The position numbers and the translations under genes were made by a program. The notes beneath the pieces were generated by a model, which was not told where the DNA came from, made no database searches, and saw only the letters and a program-made list of their open reading frames with translations. From NCBI GenBank assembly GCA_001600695.1, contig BCKQ01000001.1, positions 978,326 through 1,042,325 of the forward strand: a stretch of 64,000 bases of DNA, written 5' to 3'. This document shows, one piece after another, positions 19,559 to 30,400 of this stretch; position 1 is the stretch's first letter; the number at the start of each line of letters is the position of its first letter. This DNA comes from Ascoidea asiatica JCM 7603. Lineage: Eukaryota > Fungi > Ascomycota.

Positions 19559-20027
19559 CTTTTGGAGTTGAGTTGAATAATTTAGATGATTGTTTTTTGT
19601 TTAGAATATAAAAAAGATTTGATTCAAAATATGATAAGTTGCTTATCAATTTATTTAAACTTTTACATGAAACATTCTTTAACGCTGGGTAAAAAAAAAA
19701 GTATTGGTGACTCTAGCGGTATCAAGAAAAATATATCAGAATATATTAAAAAATAATCGAATCTTTTAAAGATGAAATTGATCTACAAATTAAAATAAAA
19801 TATTAAACAATAGTCAAATGCATAATTTAATTGAAAAACAATCTAGTTCTATGTCTAAAGAGCCTGTATAAAATAAATTAACAAAATAGAATATGATATT
19901 AAAAAACGTTATTACTTTACAGAATGTGTATGACAAAAAAAATAAAATTAAAACCCCAAATTATATTATAATTAGCCTTCTTTATTTTATGAATAAATTT
20001 AATTTATAATTCTTAAATTTAAATAAT

Positions 20028-22016
20028 CTAATCAACTTCTTCAACAGTTGGGCCTTCAGAGTGAGCAGCACCTGCACCTGGGGCAGCACCTGCACCTGGG
20101 AATCCACCTGGGAAACCTCCGGCACCTGGCATACCACCAGCACCAGGCATTCCAGCGCCAGGCATTCCACCTTCAGCACCACCAGCTTGGTAAAATTTCA
20201 TCATAATTGGATTAGAAACAGCTTCTAATTCTTTTTGTTTATCAGCAAATTCTTCAGTAGTTGCAGTAGTGTTATTATCTAACCATTCAATAGATTCATT
20301 AAGAGCTTTTGATAAAGCTTGTCTATCAGCTTCATCAACTTTTTCTTCAAAATTCTTTTCAGCAATTGTATTTTTTAATGAATAAGTATAAGATTCTAAA
20401 CCATTTTTAGCGGCAATTCTAGCAGCTTCTTTATCATCTTCTTCTTTGAATTTTTCAGCTTCAGAAACCATTCTTTCAATATCTTCTTTTGATAATCTAC
20501 CTTTATCATTAGTAATAGTAATTTTTTGAGTTTTACCAGTACCTTTTTCTAAAGCAGAAACATTTAAGATACCATTAGCATCAATATCAAAAGTAACTTC
20601 AATTTGAGGAACACCTCTTGGAGCTGGAGGAATACCAGATAATTCGAATTTACCTAATATATTATTATCCTTTGTTCTTGCTCTTTCACCTTCAAATACT
20701 TGAATTAAAACACCAGGTTGATTATCAGCATAAGTCGAGAAAGTTTCAGATTTTTTAGCTGGAATTGTAGAATTTCTTGGAATTAATTTAGTCATTACAC
20801 CACCTGCAGTTTCAATACCTAAAGATAATGGAGCAACATCTAATAATAATAAATCTTGAGTTTTAGAAGAAGTATCACCAGATAAAATAGCAGCTTGAAC
20901 AGCAGCACCATATGCAACAGCTTCATCAGGATTAATTGATCTATTTGGTTCTTTACCATTAAAATAATCAGAAACTAATTTTTGAACTTTTGGAATTCTA
21001 GTTGAACCACCAACTAAAACAATTTCATGAACTTGAGATTTATCAATTTTAGCATCTCTTAAAACTTTTTCAACAGGATCAATGGTTGATCTAAATAAAT
21101 CACCACATAATTCTTCGAATCTAGCTCTGGTAATTGAAGTATAGAAATCAATACCTTCATATAAAGAATCAATTTCAATAGAAGTTTGAGCAGAAGAAGA
21201 TAAAGTTCTTTTAGCTCTTTCACAAGCAGTTCTTAATCTTCTAAGAGCTCTTTGATTTGAAGAAATATCTTGTCTATTTTTACGTTTAAATTCAGTAATA
21301 AAATGATTTACTAATCTATTATCAAAATCTTCACCACCTAAATGAGTATCACCAGCAGTAGCTTTAACTTCAAAAATACCATCTTCAATAGATAATAAAG
21401 AAACATCAAAAGTTCCTCCACCTAAATCGAAAATTAAAACATTTTTTTCACCTTCAGATTTTTTATCTAAACCATAAGCAATTGCAGCAGCAGTTGGTTC
21501 ATTAATAATTCTTAAAACATTAATACCGGAAATTAAACCAGCATCTTTTGTTGCTTGTCTTTGAGAATCATTGAAATAAGCTGGAACAGTAATAACAGCA
21601 TCATTAACTTTACAACCAAGGAAACTTTCTGCAGTTTCTTTCATTTTAGTTAAAACCATTGAAGAAATTTCTTCTGGAGAGAAAACTTTAGTTTCACCTT
21701 TAAATTCAACTTGAATATGTGGTTTACCAACTTTATCGACAACTTTGAATGGGAAATGTTTCATATCACCTTGAACTTCAGCATCAGTGAATTTTCTACC
21801 AATAAGACGTTTTGCATCGAAAACAGTATTAGCTGGATTCATAGCAGCTTGATTTTTAGCAGAATCACCAATTAATCTTTCAGTGTCAGTAAAGGCAACG
21901 AAAGATGGAGTAGTTCTATTACCTTGATCATTGGCAATAATTTCAACTCTATCATTAGCAAAATGTGCTACACATGAGTAGGTAGTACCTAAATCAATAC
22001 CAACAGCTTTACTCAT
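20028..22016 (-). CDS. SSA1: Cytosolic Hsp70, SSA subfamily
   Basis: [28 protein letters not shown] repeats and C-terminal GPTVEEVD. The exact paralogue is not resolvable. Confidence 0.97.
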   Translation of the reverse strand: MSKAVGIDLGTTYSCVAHFANDRVEIIANDQGNRTTPSFVAFTDTERLIGDSAKNQAAMNPANTVFDAKRLIGRKFTDAEVQGDMKHFPFKVVDKVGKPHIQVEFKGETKVFSPEEISSMVLTKMKETAESFLGCKVNDAVITVPAYFNDSQRQATKDAGLISGINVLRIINEPTAAAIAYGLDKKSEGEKNVLIFDLGGGTFDVSLLSIEDGIFEVKATAGDTHLGGEDFDNRLVNHFITEFKRKNRQDISSNQRALRRLRTACERAKRTLSSSAQTSIEIDSLYEGIDFYTSITRARFEELCGDLFRSTIDPVEKVLRDAKIDKSQVHEIVLVGGSTRIPKVQKLVSDYFNGKEPNRSINPDEAVAYGAAVQAAILSGDTSSKTQDLLLLDVAPLSLGIETAGGVMTKLIPRNSTIPAKKSETFSTYADNQPGVLIQVFEGERARTKDNNILGKFELSGIPPAPRGVPQIEVTFDIDANGILNVSALEKGTGKTQKITITNDKGRLSKEDIERMVSEAEKFKEEDDKEAARIAAKNGLESYTYSLKNTIAEKNFEEKVDEADRQALSKALNESIEWLDNNTTATTEEFADKQKELEAVSNPIMMKFYQAGGAEGGMPGAGMPGAGGMPGAGGFPGGFPGAGAAPGAGAAHSEGPTVEEVD

Positions 22017-22310
22017 TATTAAAATATATTATTATTTTTATGATTATTATAATATAAGATTTATTTTTTTAAATTGAATGCAGTTAATAAACTAAGAAAA
22101 GTAATCAAAAGAGACAAATAAAACAATTGAATGATTAAAATAAAATAAAATAGAATAAAATTAAAAGAAACTGAAAAGAACTTCAAATATAAACCTCAGA
22201 ACCAGGACTCTATAAACATTTTAAATGTTTTTTTTAAAAATCAATCTCAATTCAGCTGCGAGTGAAAAAAGCAGTAAAAGAGTGAATTTCCATCTGGCGG
22301 CGAACCTTAA

Positions 22311-22515
22311 ATTCTTCCATAGTCTTCCATCGTCTTCCATGGTTTTTCATCCTCTTCAATCGTTTTCCAAACTCCACCGCGGCCTCTTTGAAACTGCTTG
22401 AAAACAGCAGGAAAACAGCAGGAAAACAGAAAAAAAACAGCAGGAAATGGAGCTGGAAATAGAACTCGAAAGAACAAAAAAGAACAAAAAAGAACAAAAA
22501 AGAACGAAAAAGAAT
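22311..22515 (-). promoter_or_regulatory. Heat-shock-element-like phased nGAAn/nTTCn arrays of the HSP70 promoter
   Basis: TTC at 22315, 22325, 22335, (22346), 22355 and 22365. AGAA at 22461, 22471, 22481, 22491, 22501 and 22511. Confidence 0.6.
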
Positions 22516-22838
22516 AAAACATCAAAAATTGTTACGTTTTGCGTCTCTCACGAGTGCAGCGCCACGTAACTTCACGTCAACGTAAAAAGGCCAATTGTAT
22601 TTATCCGAGGGGTAATTTCCGGATAGTTACATTCAAAAAGGGTAAAATATTGAAACCATTCAAGGTATAAAAAACCGGATTTGATAAAAAGCTGCTATTA
22701 CCGTATTAGGAAACATATATTTCAAAAAAAGAATTTTTAAAGGTTTATACCTTTTTTTTTATATGAAAAATTGATTATTTTATAGAAATTATCTATTAAA
22801 TGAAGACTCAGTTTCACAAATCAATTGATAGTATTGTT

Positions 22839-25800
22839 TTACTTCTTGAGTTTGTTTATATAAGTATTAATTACTTCCACTATTCCTGCATTTCGTTCAC
22901 CTCCATTTTTACTATAAATTCCATAAATTTCTTTAAGTTTACTTATATCTTTATGCTTTACAGCTTCTTCACAATAATTTTTATAATCTCCACATCTTAG
23001 ATAATAATCAAATTTCTCATCATATGCAAATTCATTTGTACCACTTTTTTTCAAAAAAATTGAGGCCATCAGTTTATTATTATATTTTAAACATTCATTA
23101 ATTATTGCTTTATATCCAATTGCAATTTTTCCCGATGCACTTGAAACATTATTCACAAAAGTTAATAATTCATTAAATTTATTCATTGATGTTAATGTTT
23201 TTAAAACTACCCATTGAAATCTTAAATCTGAAATTTTAAATTCTTTTAAAATTTTATTAATTTTATTTGTAATTGATGTTGATCCTGTACTTGACCAATT
23301 ATTAATTTTAATTAGTTCAATTATTGTTTCAATTATTGATTTATGATGAAATTTTAAATTACTATAAATTGGTATTAAATCTTTACTTAATTGTTCTTGA
23401 ATAGTAATTAATTTAATCTCTTCATTTAAATATTTTAAATCATCTTGATAATTTTTATTATTTTTAAATTCTTGATATGATTTTATACTTTTTTTTAAAC
23501 TTATTTTTTGTTCATTTAATTTATTTAATTCTTCTGTTACATTTATTGAATTTGATGAATTAACATTTAAATTATTATCATTTATATTGGAAACATTAGT
23601 ATTAACAATATTACTACCAATTGTTTTACCATGATTTATATTTAAATTATTTTCAATTAAATCTTTTTTTTCATCTTTTAAACTTTCTGTAATTTGAAAA
23701 TTTGCAATTTCTAATCTATCATCAAAACTAAAATAAAATTTTTTTAATAAAATTATTGAATCATTAAAATTTAAATTTGCAAAATTATTTTCTCTTAATA
23801 ATTTTTCTAAAAAATTTTTTGAAATTTTTCTATTATTTAAAATTTTAAAAAATTCTCCAATATTACTATTTGAAACAAGAAATTTATAATATAAAATTAA
23901 AAGTACATATAAAATTAATTGATAATTTAAACTTTCTTCAGCTTTAATTAAAGCTAATTCATCTTCTTCCATATTTAATAACAATGGTATTTTTTTACTT
24001 GAAACTGGTTCAAAATTTAATAACATTATTGATAATTTTAATCTACCTTCTTGATATGCAATTTGAGAAATTTTCTCAAAAGAAATATTTTCAATAATTT
24101 TTAATTTATTTATAATAATTTTTAATAAAGTTTGATCATCTAAATTATCACTATATTTAATTTTTAAACATGCCCAGTTTATATAAATTAAATCATTTGG
24201 TAAATTTAATTTTTCAGAAATTTTTAATGAAAGATAAAATTTATTTCTTTTAATTAATAAATTATTAATTAAATTATCTTGAAATGAAATTCCATTATTT
24301 GAAATATATTGAAATTGTTTAAAAGTTAAAAACATTCCAATTGAATGAGATCTAATTTGATTTAAAATTTTTAAATTTAATATAGTTTCTGATAAAAAAT
24401 CAGAGTTATAAAATTCTAAAAATGATTTACCAAAACTTGCAGATTTTAATAATTTTTTTTGCCAAAATGGATCAAATTCTTCTGTTGAAGCCTTTATACA
24501 ATTATTTATTGCTTCAGTTAGATTATTTTTAATTAATGATAAATTTTCTAAAGAATTTGAATTATCTATAGAATCTAATAATATAGAACTAGAAGAAGTT
24601 GAACCAATTTTAAAAATGTCAACAGTTAAATCAGAAACTCTTGATAAAAATTCTAATTTATTATCGGATAAAATTCTAATACCATCAATTTCAGTATATA
24701 AAAAAACTGGATTATCATAATAAAAATTTATTGAAGAAGTACCTGGACCAATTAATTTAATTTGATCACTAAATGATAAAACTATAGCATCATTACCACA
24801 CCATTCTAATTGTAAAGGTTTTTCATTAATTGAATCAAGATTTAAATCATAATCACTTAATTTTCTTTGAAAATCAGAAGATATTATATAAAGTTTATTT
24901 AAATTTGAAGAATATAAAGATAAAAAATCACCATTTGGAGATATTGAGATGAAATTAAATGGACCTTCATTCAAGAATTTATCTTGAATTAATAAATCAT
25001 CAATTGTATATATGGTTTCATCTTTTGAAATTAAAACTTCAATATTTTTACTTAAACTAAAAGCAGGAGGTATAATATTCCAAGAATTTATTTGAAAATA
25101 ATAATCAGAAGACATTTGTTGAAAATTAGAGATGTAGTTTGAATTTGAATTAGAATTAGAATTTGACTGAAAAGAATTATCATCATCGTCGTTGTTTGTA
25201 TTATTATTTGCATCGAGATTAGTAGAAGTAATATTATTGTTATTGATATTATTTTCTTCATTTGAGGTTAAAATACTTTGAGTATCCGAAGAAGAATTGG
25301 GATTAATTTTATTATTATTAATTGTTTGTTGTTTAGATTTACTTTTATCAGGATTATTAATATTTTCATTGATATTTTGAAAAGTTGCTAATAATCTTGG
25401 ATATGGATTTTTAAAATCATTAACATGAATAAAAGTATTATTATTTAATTTAGCTACAAATCCAGTATTATAAAATTTTACATCATTTACACCAATTTTA
25501 TCTGAATTAAAACCAAGAGTGAATTCATTAAAATTTCCATTAAAATCATAATAATTTCTAAAATTACCATTTTCTAAAATTATAATTAAATCTTCATTAA
25601 TATTAAAGTTAAAATTAATTATTTTACCATTTAATTTTTCATTCCAATTTATATTAAATAATCTTGAACCTGAACCTGAGAATAATTGAATAAATTTAGA
25701 ATTATTATTATTATTATTTATATTTAAAGAGTTATTTTTAAAAGGTTGAGAAGCTAATTGATTTAATTGATTTAAGTTATTATTATTACTACTTGTGATG

Positions 25801-26033
25801 TTATTAGCCTTATTATTATTATTATTGGTATTATTATTTGAATTTGATAAAGATATATTATTATTTATGTTTATATTATTTTTTGGATAAATTGCAATTG
25901 CAGTTGAAAATGGAGCCATTGCAATCATATAATCCGATATATTTACATTATTCCAAGATAGAGAATAACATTCCCTTGATCTATAGAATACATCTCTTAA
26001 TCTTTCCCAACCCAAACTTGGATTCGAGGCCAT
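22839..26033 (-). CDS. VPS16: HOPS/CORVET subunit Vps16
   Basis: MASNPSLGWERLRDVFYR start, LEWCGNDAIVL, QKKLLKSASFGK, IYINWACLKI and IAYQEGRLKLS..LLNFEP. Confidence 0.93.
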   Translation of the reverse strand: MASNPSLGWERLRDVFYRSRECYSLSWNNVNISDYMIAMAPFSTAIAIYPKNNININNNISLSNSNNNTNNNNNKANNITSSNNNNLNQLNQLASQPFKNNSLNINNNNNNSKFIQLFSGSGSRLFNINWNEKLNGKIINFNFNINEDLIIILENGNFRNYYDFNGNFNEFTLGFNSDKIGVNDVKFYNTGFVAKLNNNTFIHVNDFKNPYPRLLATFQNINENINNPDKSKSKQQTINNNKINPNSSSDTQSILTSNEENNINNNNITSTNLDANNNTNNDDDDNSFQSNSNSNSNSNYISNFQQMSSDYYFQINSWNIIPPAFSLSKNIEVLISKDETIYTIDDLLIQDKFLNEGPFNFISISPNGDFLSLYSSNLNKLYIISSDFQRKLSDYDLNLDSINEKPLQLEWCGNDAIVLSFSDQIKLIGPGTSSINFYYDNPVFLYTEIDGIRILSDNKLEFLSRVSDLTVDIFKIGSTSSSSILLDSIDNSNSLENLSLIKNNLTEAINNCIKASTEEFDPFWQKKLLKSASFGKSFLEFYNSDFLSETILNLKILNQIRSHSIGMFLTFKQFQYISNNGISFQDNLINNLLIKRNKFYLSLKISEKLNLPNDLIYINWACLKIKYSDNLDDQTLLKIIINKLKIIENISFEKISQIAYQEGRLKLSIMLLNFEPVSSKKIPLLLNMEEDELALIKAEESLNYQLILYVLLILYYKFLVSNSNIGEFFKILNNRKISKNFLEKLLRENNFANLNFNDSIILLKKFYFSFDDRLEIANFQITESLKDEKKDLIENNLNINHGKTIGSNIVNTNVSNINDNNLNVNSSNSINVTEELNKLNEQKISLKKSIKSYQEFKNNKNYQDDLKYLNEEIKLITIQEQLSKDLIPIYSNLKFHHKSIIETIIELIKINNWSSTGSTSITNKINKILKEFKISDLRFQWVVLKTLTSMNKFNELLTFVNNVSSASGKIAIGYKAIINECLKYNNKLMASIFLKKSGTNEFAYDEKFDYYLRCGDYKNYCEEAVKHKDISKLKEIYGIYSKNGGERNAGIVEVINTYINKLKK

Positions 26034-26685
26034 TGTTTATTGATTAATTATTTTTTGTTTTTGATTATTGGTTATTGATTGGTGATTGATTGGCGATTGA
26101 TAATTGTTGAATTGAGATGAATTCAAATGAAAAATGATAAGTAATAGTAGTCTTGTTTAAACCAGAATTGAATCCTTTTAGCAATTGAGATTGATATGTT
26201 CAAATCCAGCAATAACAAGTTAGATATAATTGTTTATAAAGAGTGAATAGATAATAATAATGAATTAATTAGAATAATATTCAAATAATATACATGAATA
26301 GATGTGAATCAATAACTTCAAATATATTAAATCAAACTATTTGTTTATGGTCTAACAATAGGAGACTTAACGACTTAACGAGTATCTGAAGCTGAAGGCA
26401 AAGGCCTGCTGTTGACGCGTTGGAGAAGAATGCACCGAGACCATAACAGCGGGTCTTCTATTGAGGTAATACAGGGCAACAATCCCGTAGTTTAGTCAAG
26501 CACGTCCCGATGTCTCGAGATTTCAAATTATTTTATTTTGTTTGGCGTCAATCGAGAAATAAATTAAATTACTAGAATAAATAAAGGATATGAAAATAAA
26601 CTATATAAAAATAAAGGATATAATCTTTTAACTTGAAGTAAAAGAATCAATTGAAACAGTAGAAGCATTACAATACAATTTAAAA

Positions 26686-27186
26686 ATGAATAGAATAGAA
26701 GAGTTTAATTCCCAGTTTGCCTCTAAAGATTCAGACTCCGATTCTGATATAGAGATTCAAAAGAGCAGGCACTTCAATAAAAAGAAAAATACATTATCTT
26801 CTAAAAACAAAAATAATAATATCAAAGATCTAGAACTTGATATTGATGATGATGACGATGATGAAGATGATGAATCTTTAGAAGTTTTACAAAACTCGTA
26901 TATTAAACTCATATCTAATGATAACTTTGAATATATCATAACTAAAGAAGCTGCATATATTTCTCCAACTTTAAAATCAATGTTAAATTCATCTTTTAAA
27001 TTTAAAGAAAGTCAAAAAAATAGAATTAAATTGAATGAATTTGATTCCAAAATTTTAGAAAAAGTTATAGAGTATTTATATTATAATCTAAAATTTCAAA
27101 ATAATATTACAAATGCTCCAAAATTTAATATTCCCGTTGAAATGTCTTTAGAATTATTAGTAGCTGCTGATTTTTTAAATGTTTAA
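26686..27186 (+). CDS. ELC1: Elongin C with an acidic N-terminal extension
   Basis: YIKLISNDNFEYII..AAYISPTLKSML, ILEKVIEYLYYN and FNIPVEMSLELLVAADFLNV. Confidence 0.93.
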   Translation: MNRIEEFNSQFASKDSDSDSDIEIQKSRHFNKKKNTLSSKNKNNNIKDLELDIDDDDDDEDDESLEVLQNSYIKLISNDNFEYIITKEAAYISPTLKSMLNSSFKFKESQKNRIKLNEFDSKILEKVIEYLYYNLKFQNNITNAPKFNIPVEMSLELLVAADFLNV

Positions 27187-27469
27187 ATAATATACATTTT
27201 TTAAAAAAGAATTATAACTGTTAAAAAAAAAAAACAAAGCGAATGATTAGATATTAAATTAAATGAAAAAAGGGGATATTAAGCAAAGAAAAATTTATAA
27301 AAAAAGAGTTAAAACAATTAAAAACAACATCTTTAAAAAAAATGAAAAAAAAAAAAATGAAATAGAAAAAAAAAATTTGAATAAATAATTACTACTACTA
27401 TTACTTTTTTTATTATTACTATTATTATTATTATTATTATTACAGGAACATAAGAAACAATTAATCTTT

Positions 27470-30400
27470 TTAAAGTACAAATTGGTTAGCACCATTTCCA
27501 ACACCATTATCATTATCTCTATAATTATCACGATTAATATATTCATCAATATCACTATTATCACTATTATCACTATTACTACTACTACTTTCATTATTGA
27601 TTTTATGTATTTCAACTAGCACATTATTACGTATTTTAAAGATTTCATCATCACTAATTAAATTATCATAATTATTTAATAGCTTTGTTAAATCTGTTGA
27701 TTTAAATCTGAAAAATTTAAATTTCTTTTTAATATTTTTTAAAAAATCATAAATTTCACTTTCTTCTTCAATTATCATTAAATTTTTTTCAAAAAATTTA
27801 AATATCGAAATAAATATTCGAAATATCTCAATTTCTCCCTTTAAACATAAAATTATATCCCAACATTTAAATAAAATTTCTATAGGTAATATATCAATTA
27901 ATAATGTTAAAAACCAATTTATAATTATAGAATCTAAATTAATTTTTTTAATCTCAATTAAATAAAAATTTAATTTTGGTAAATATTTTTTAAATAATTT
28001 TGAAAAAACTTTTGAATCAATTTCAATCGCTTTACTATCAAATTTAAAAAATTCTTTACTTAATATATTCTCTGTAATATTAATAAAAAACCAAAATGCT
28101 TCTTCTTCTTTAGGAAAGATTAATAAAATTATTGCAACTATTAAATTCATACCTTGACAATATCCAATTTCTGGAAATTTTCTATTAAATGCAATTAAAA
28201 TATTCTTGAGTTTAATTACACCTGGTCCATCATTACCATGAAAAAAAATATTATATGGCATTGTTCTATGAATATCAAGCTTAATTTGAGATTCGGATTT
28301 AAGTAAATTTTCAAAATTCTTATTTTTTTTTAGCGTATTAATTGTAGTTAAATTGATATCATTTCTTAATAAATCATAATATTCACCAGGAATAATTATT
28401 GATTTAGACCCTGAACATTCTTCCCATATTTTTTGTCTAAAATTCATTGGAATTCCATTAAATACTAATCTTCGAAATTCTTTATAGAGTTTTATATTAT
28501 TTTTCTTTAAGTTTGTACCGAAAATTCCTAAATAATCATCCTTACTAATTAATTCTTCTTCTAGTAAGCTTTGAATTTCATCATCAAGATTATTAGTCAC
28601 TGCTCCTCTCAAAGGAGACCTAGGAATTAAACGTGCAAGTTTATTGTCATTATTGTTAATTTCCTCTTCATTATCTTCAACATCTGAAGCAGTCGAATCA
28701 TTTTCTTCTTCAACTTCTCCTATGAAAGTGGAATATAATTTATGATTGTTTTCTTCCATTATTTCATCCTTTATATCGAAATTTGTCATAGATGCTGATC
28801 TTGTTCTTTTTTTCAATTGTGCTTGAGATTTAGATAAAGATCTTATTCTTTGTTTAGATGCATTATTATATGATATTGAAACTTTTGTGAAGAACTCATT
28901 CCAAGCATAATTGATTTTTTGTACTTTTTGATCGTGTTTTTTAGCAATTTTAATTAAGTTGGTAGTTGATGAATATAATTTGTTTTCATTTTTTTGATTG
29001 ATTTTTTGGTCGATTTTTTGATCGAGTATTTTTTTTTTTTTTGTTAGTGATGTTGAAACTGTAGTTGCTGGAGAATGTGAAATTGATAAAGCAGGTGGAT
29101 TATTTATAAAATGATCATAATCGTAAAAACAACCATATCTATCAATTAATCTATTATGAATATTATTCAACAATGTTGGAGGCTTTTCACTGTTAGGAAT
29201 TAAATTATCTAACTCTAAAGGAATTTTGCTACTATCAGAGTTATTATTTGAGCTTAAAATTTCACTAGTCTCAATTATCTGATCTTTCTTAATACTTAGT
29301 CTCTGTATTTCATTTCTATTATTATTTTTAATGTTATTTGAAATTCCATTATCTATTTCATTATTCGTTAAATTCAAGGAATTTCTATTGGAAAACCAAT
29401 TGTTTATATTATTGAACTTGAAATTAATTAGAGAGCTATGACGTGCTCTGGTTTGTACAGTATTTCCAGTATCACTACTAAAACTACTATTATTCATGTT
29501 GAAGCTATTTGAGTTAAACATTGAATTAATCTTATGAGTCATCAAAAAAGACTCTGATGTTGAAGAAGAGATTGAGTTGTTTGAATCAAGTGAAGTATCT
29601 ATTGTATTGGAAACAGATTCAGTATCATTGAAAGTACTTGAAAAATTTAAACCTGTTGAAGTTGAAATATCATGAGATATATGAAATTCTGTTTCATTAG
29701 CAGTTTCATTTTCATCATTATCTCCAGCATTTTCTTCAATATTTTTAGATTTGTAAGTGTTATTTCGATTATATTTAGTAATAGATTCATCAGGCTTATT
29801 ACTTTCGGTCGAAGTCTCTGGATCTTCTTTCTGAATCTCATCACTGTTTTCAATAGTATCACTATCAAACTCATTTTCGTTTTCCATTTCTTGAATAGTA
29901 TCATCATTGATGTTTTTATCCAATAAAGTCTGGTAATGATAATAGTAAATATTTGTTAGCGAAGAAGATGATATTGGAGTTATTGGAGTTATGTTGAACT
30001 TAGGCACTAATTCATTGGAAGTCGAAGAACTTTCACCATTATTCTGAGGACTATTGGCTTGATCTCTCTTATTAATATCAGTATCATTCTGATCGGTTTG
30101 ATTTTCTGGAGTTATTTGATCAATAGGAGTTTTAGGAGGCTCATTATTTTTAGATTTATTAAAATTTAATTTCGAAGTTGATATAGTTAGATTATTTTTT
30201 TTTAGAAATTCATTGAATTTATTAATACTTGTGTTTAGATTTTCCAATATAGAGGAATGCCTGTTGATAGTATTATCTTCAATGCTTATAGTATTTTCCT
30301 GAGGAACCACGGATTGAGGGGTACTAATTGAATATAAATCATTTTGACAAATGTGAGTTTGAGAAAGATTGTTTTGAGAAATATTGTTTTGTACTTTAGT

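Noticed and set aside
19982-20182. Overlapping alternative-frame ORF at the HSP70 3' end
   Set aside because: By-product of GC-rich GGMP/GA repeat codons.
22311-22515. Short tandem repeats as a CRISPR-like array
   Set aside because: Eukaryotic context, 10-nt units without spacers, and no cas genes.
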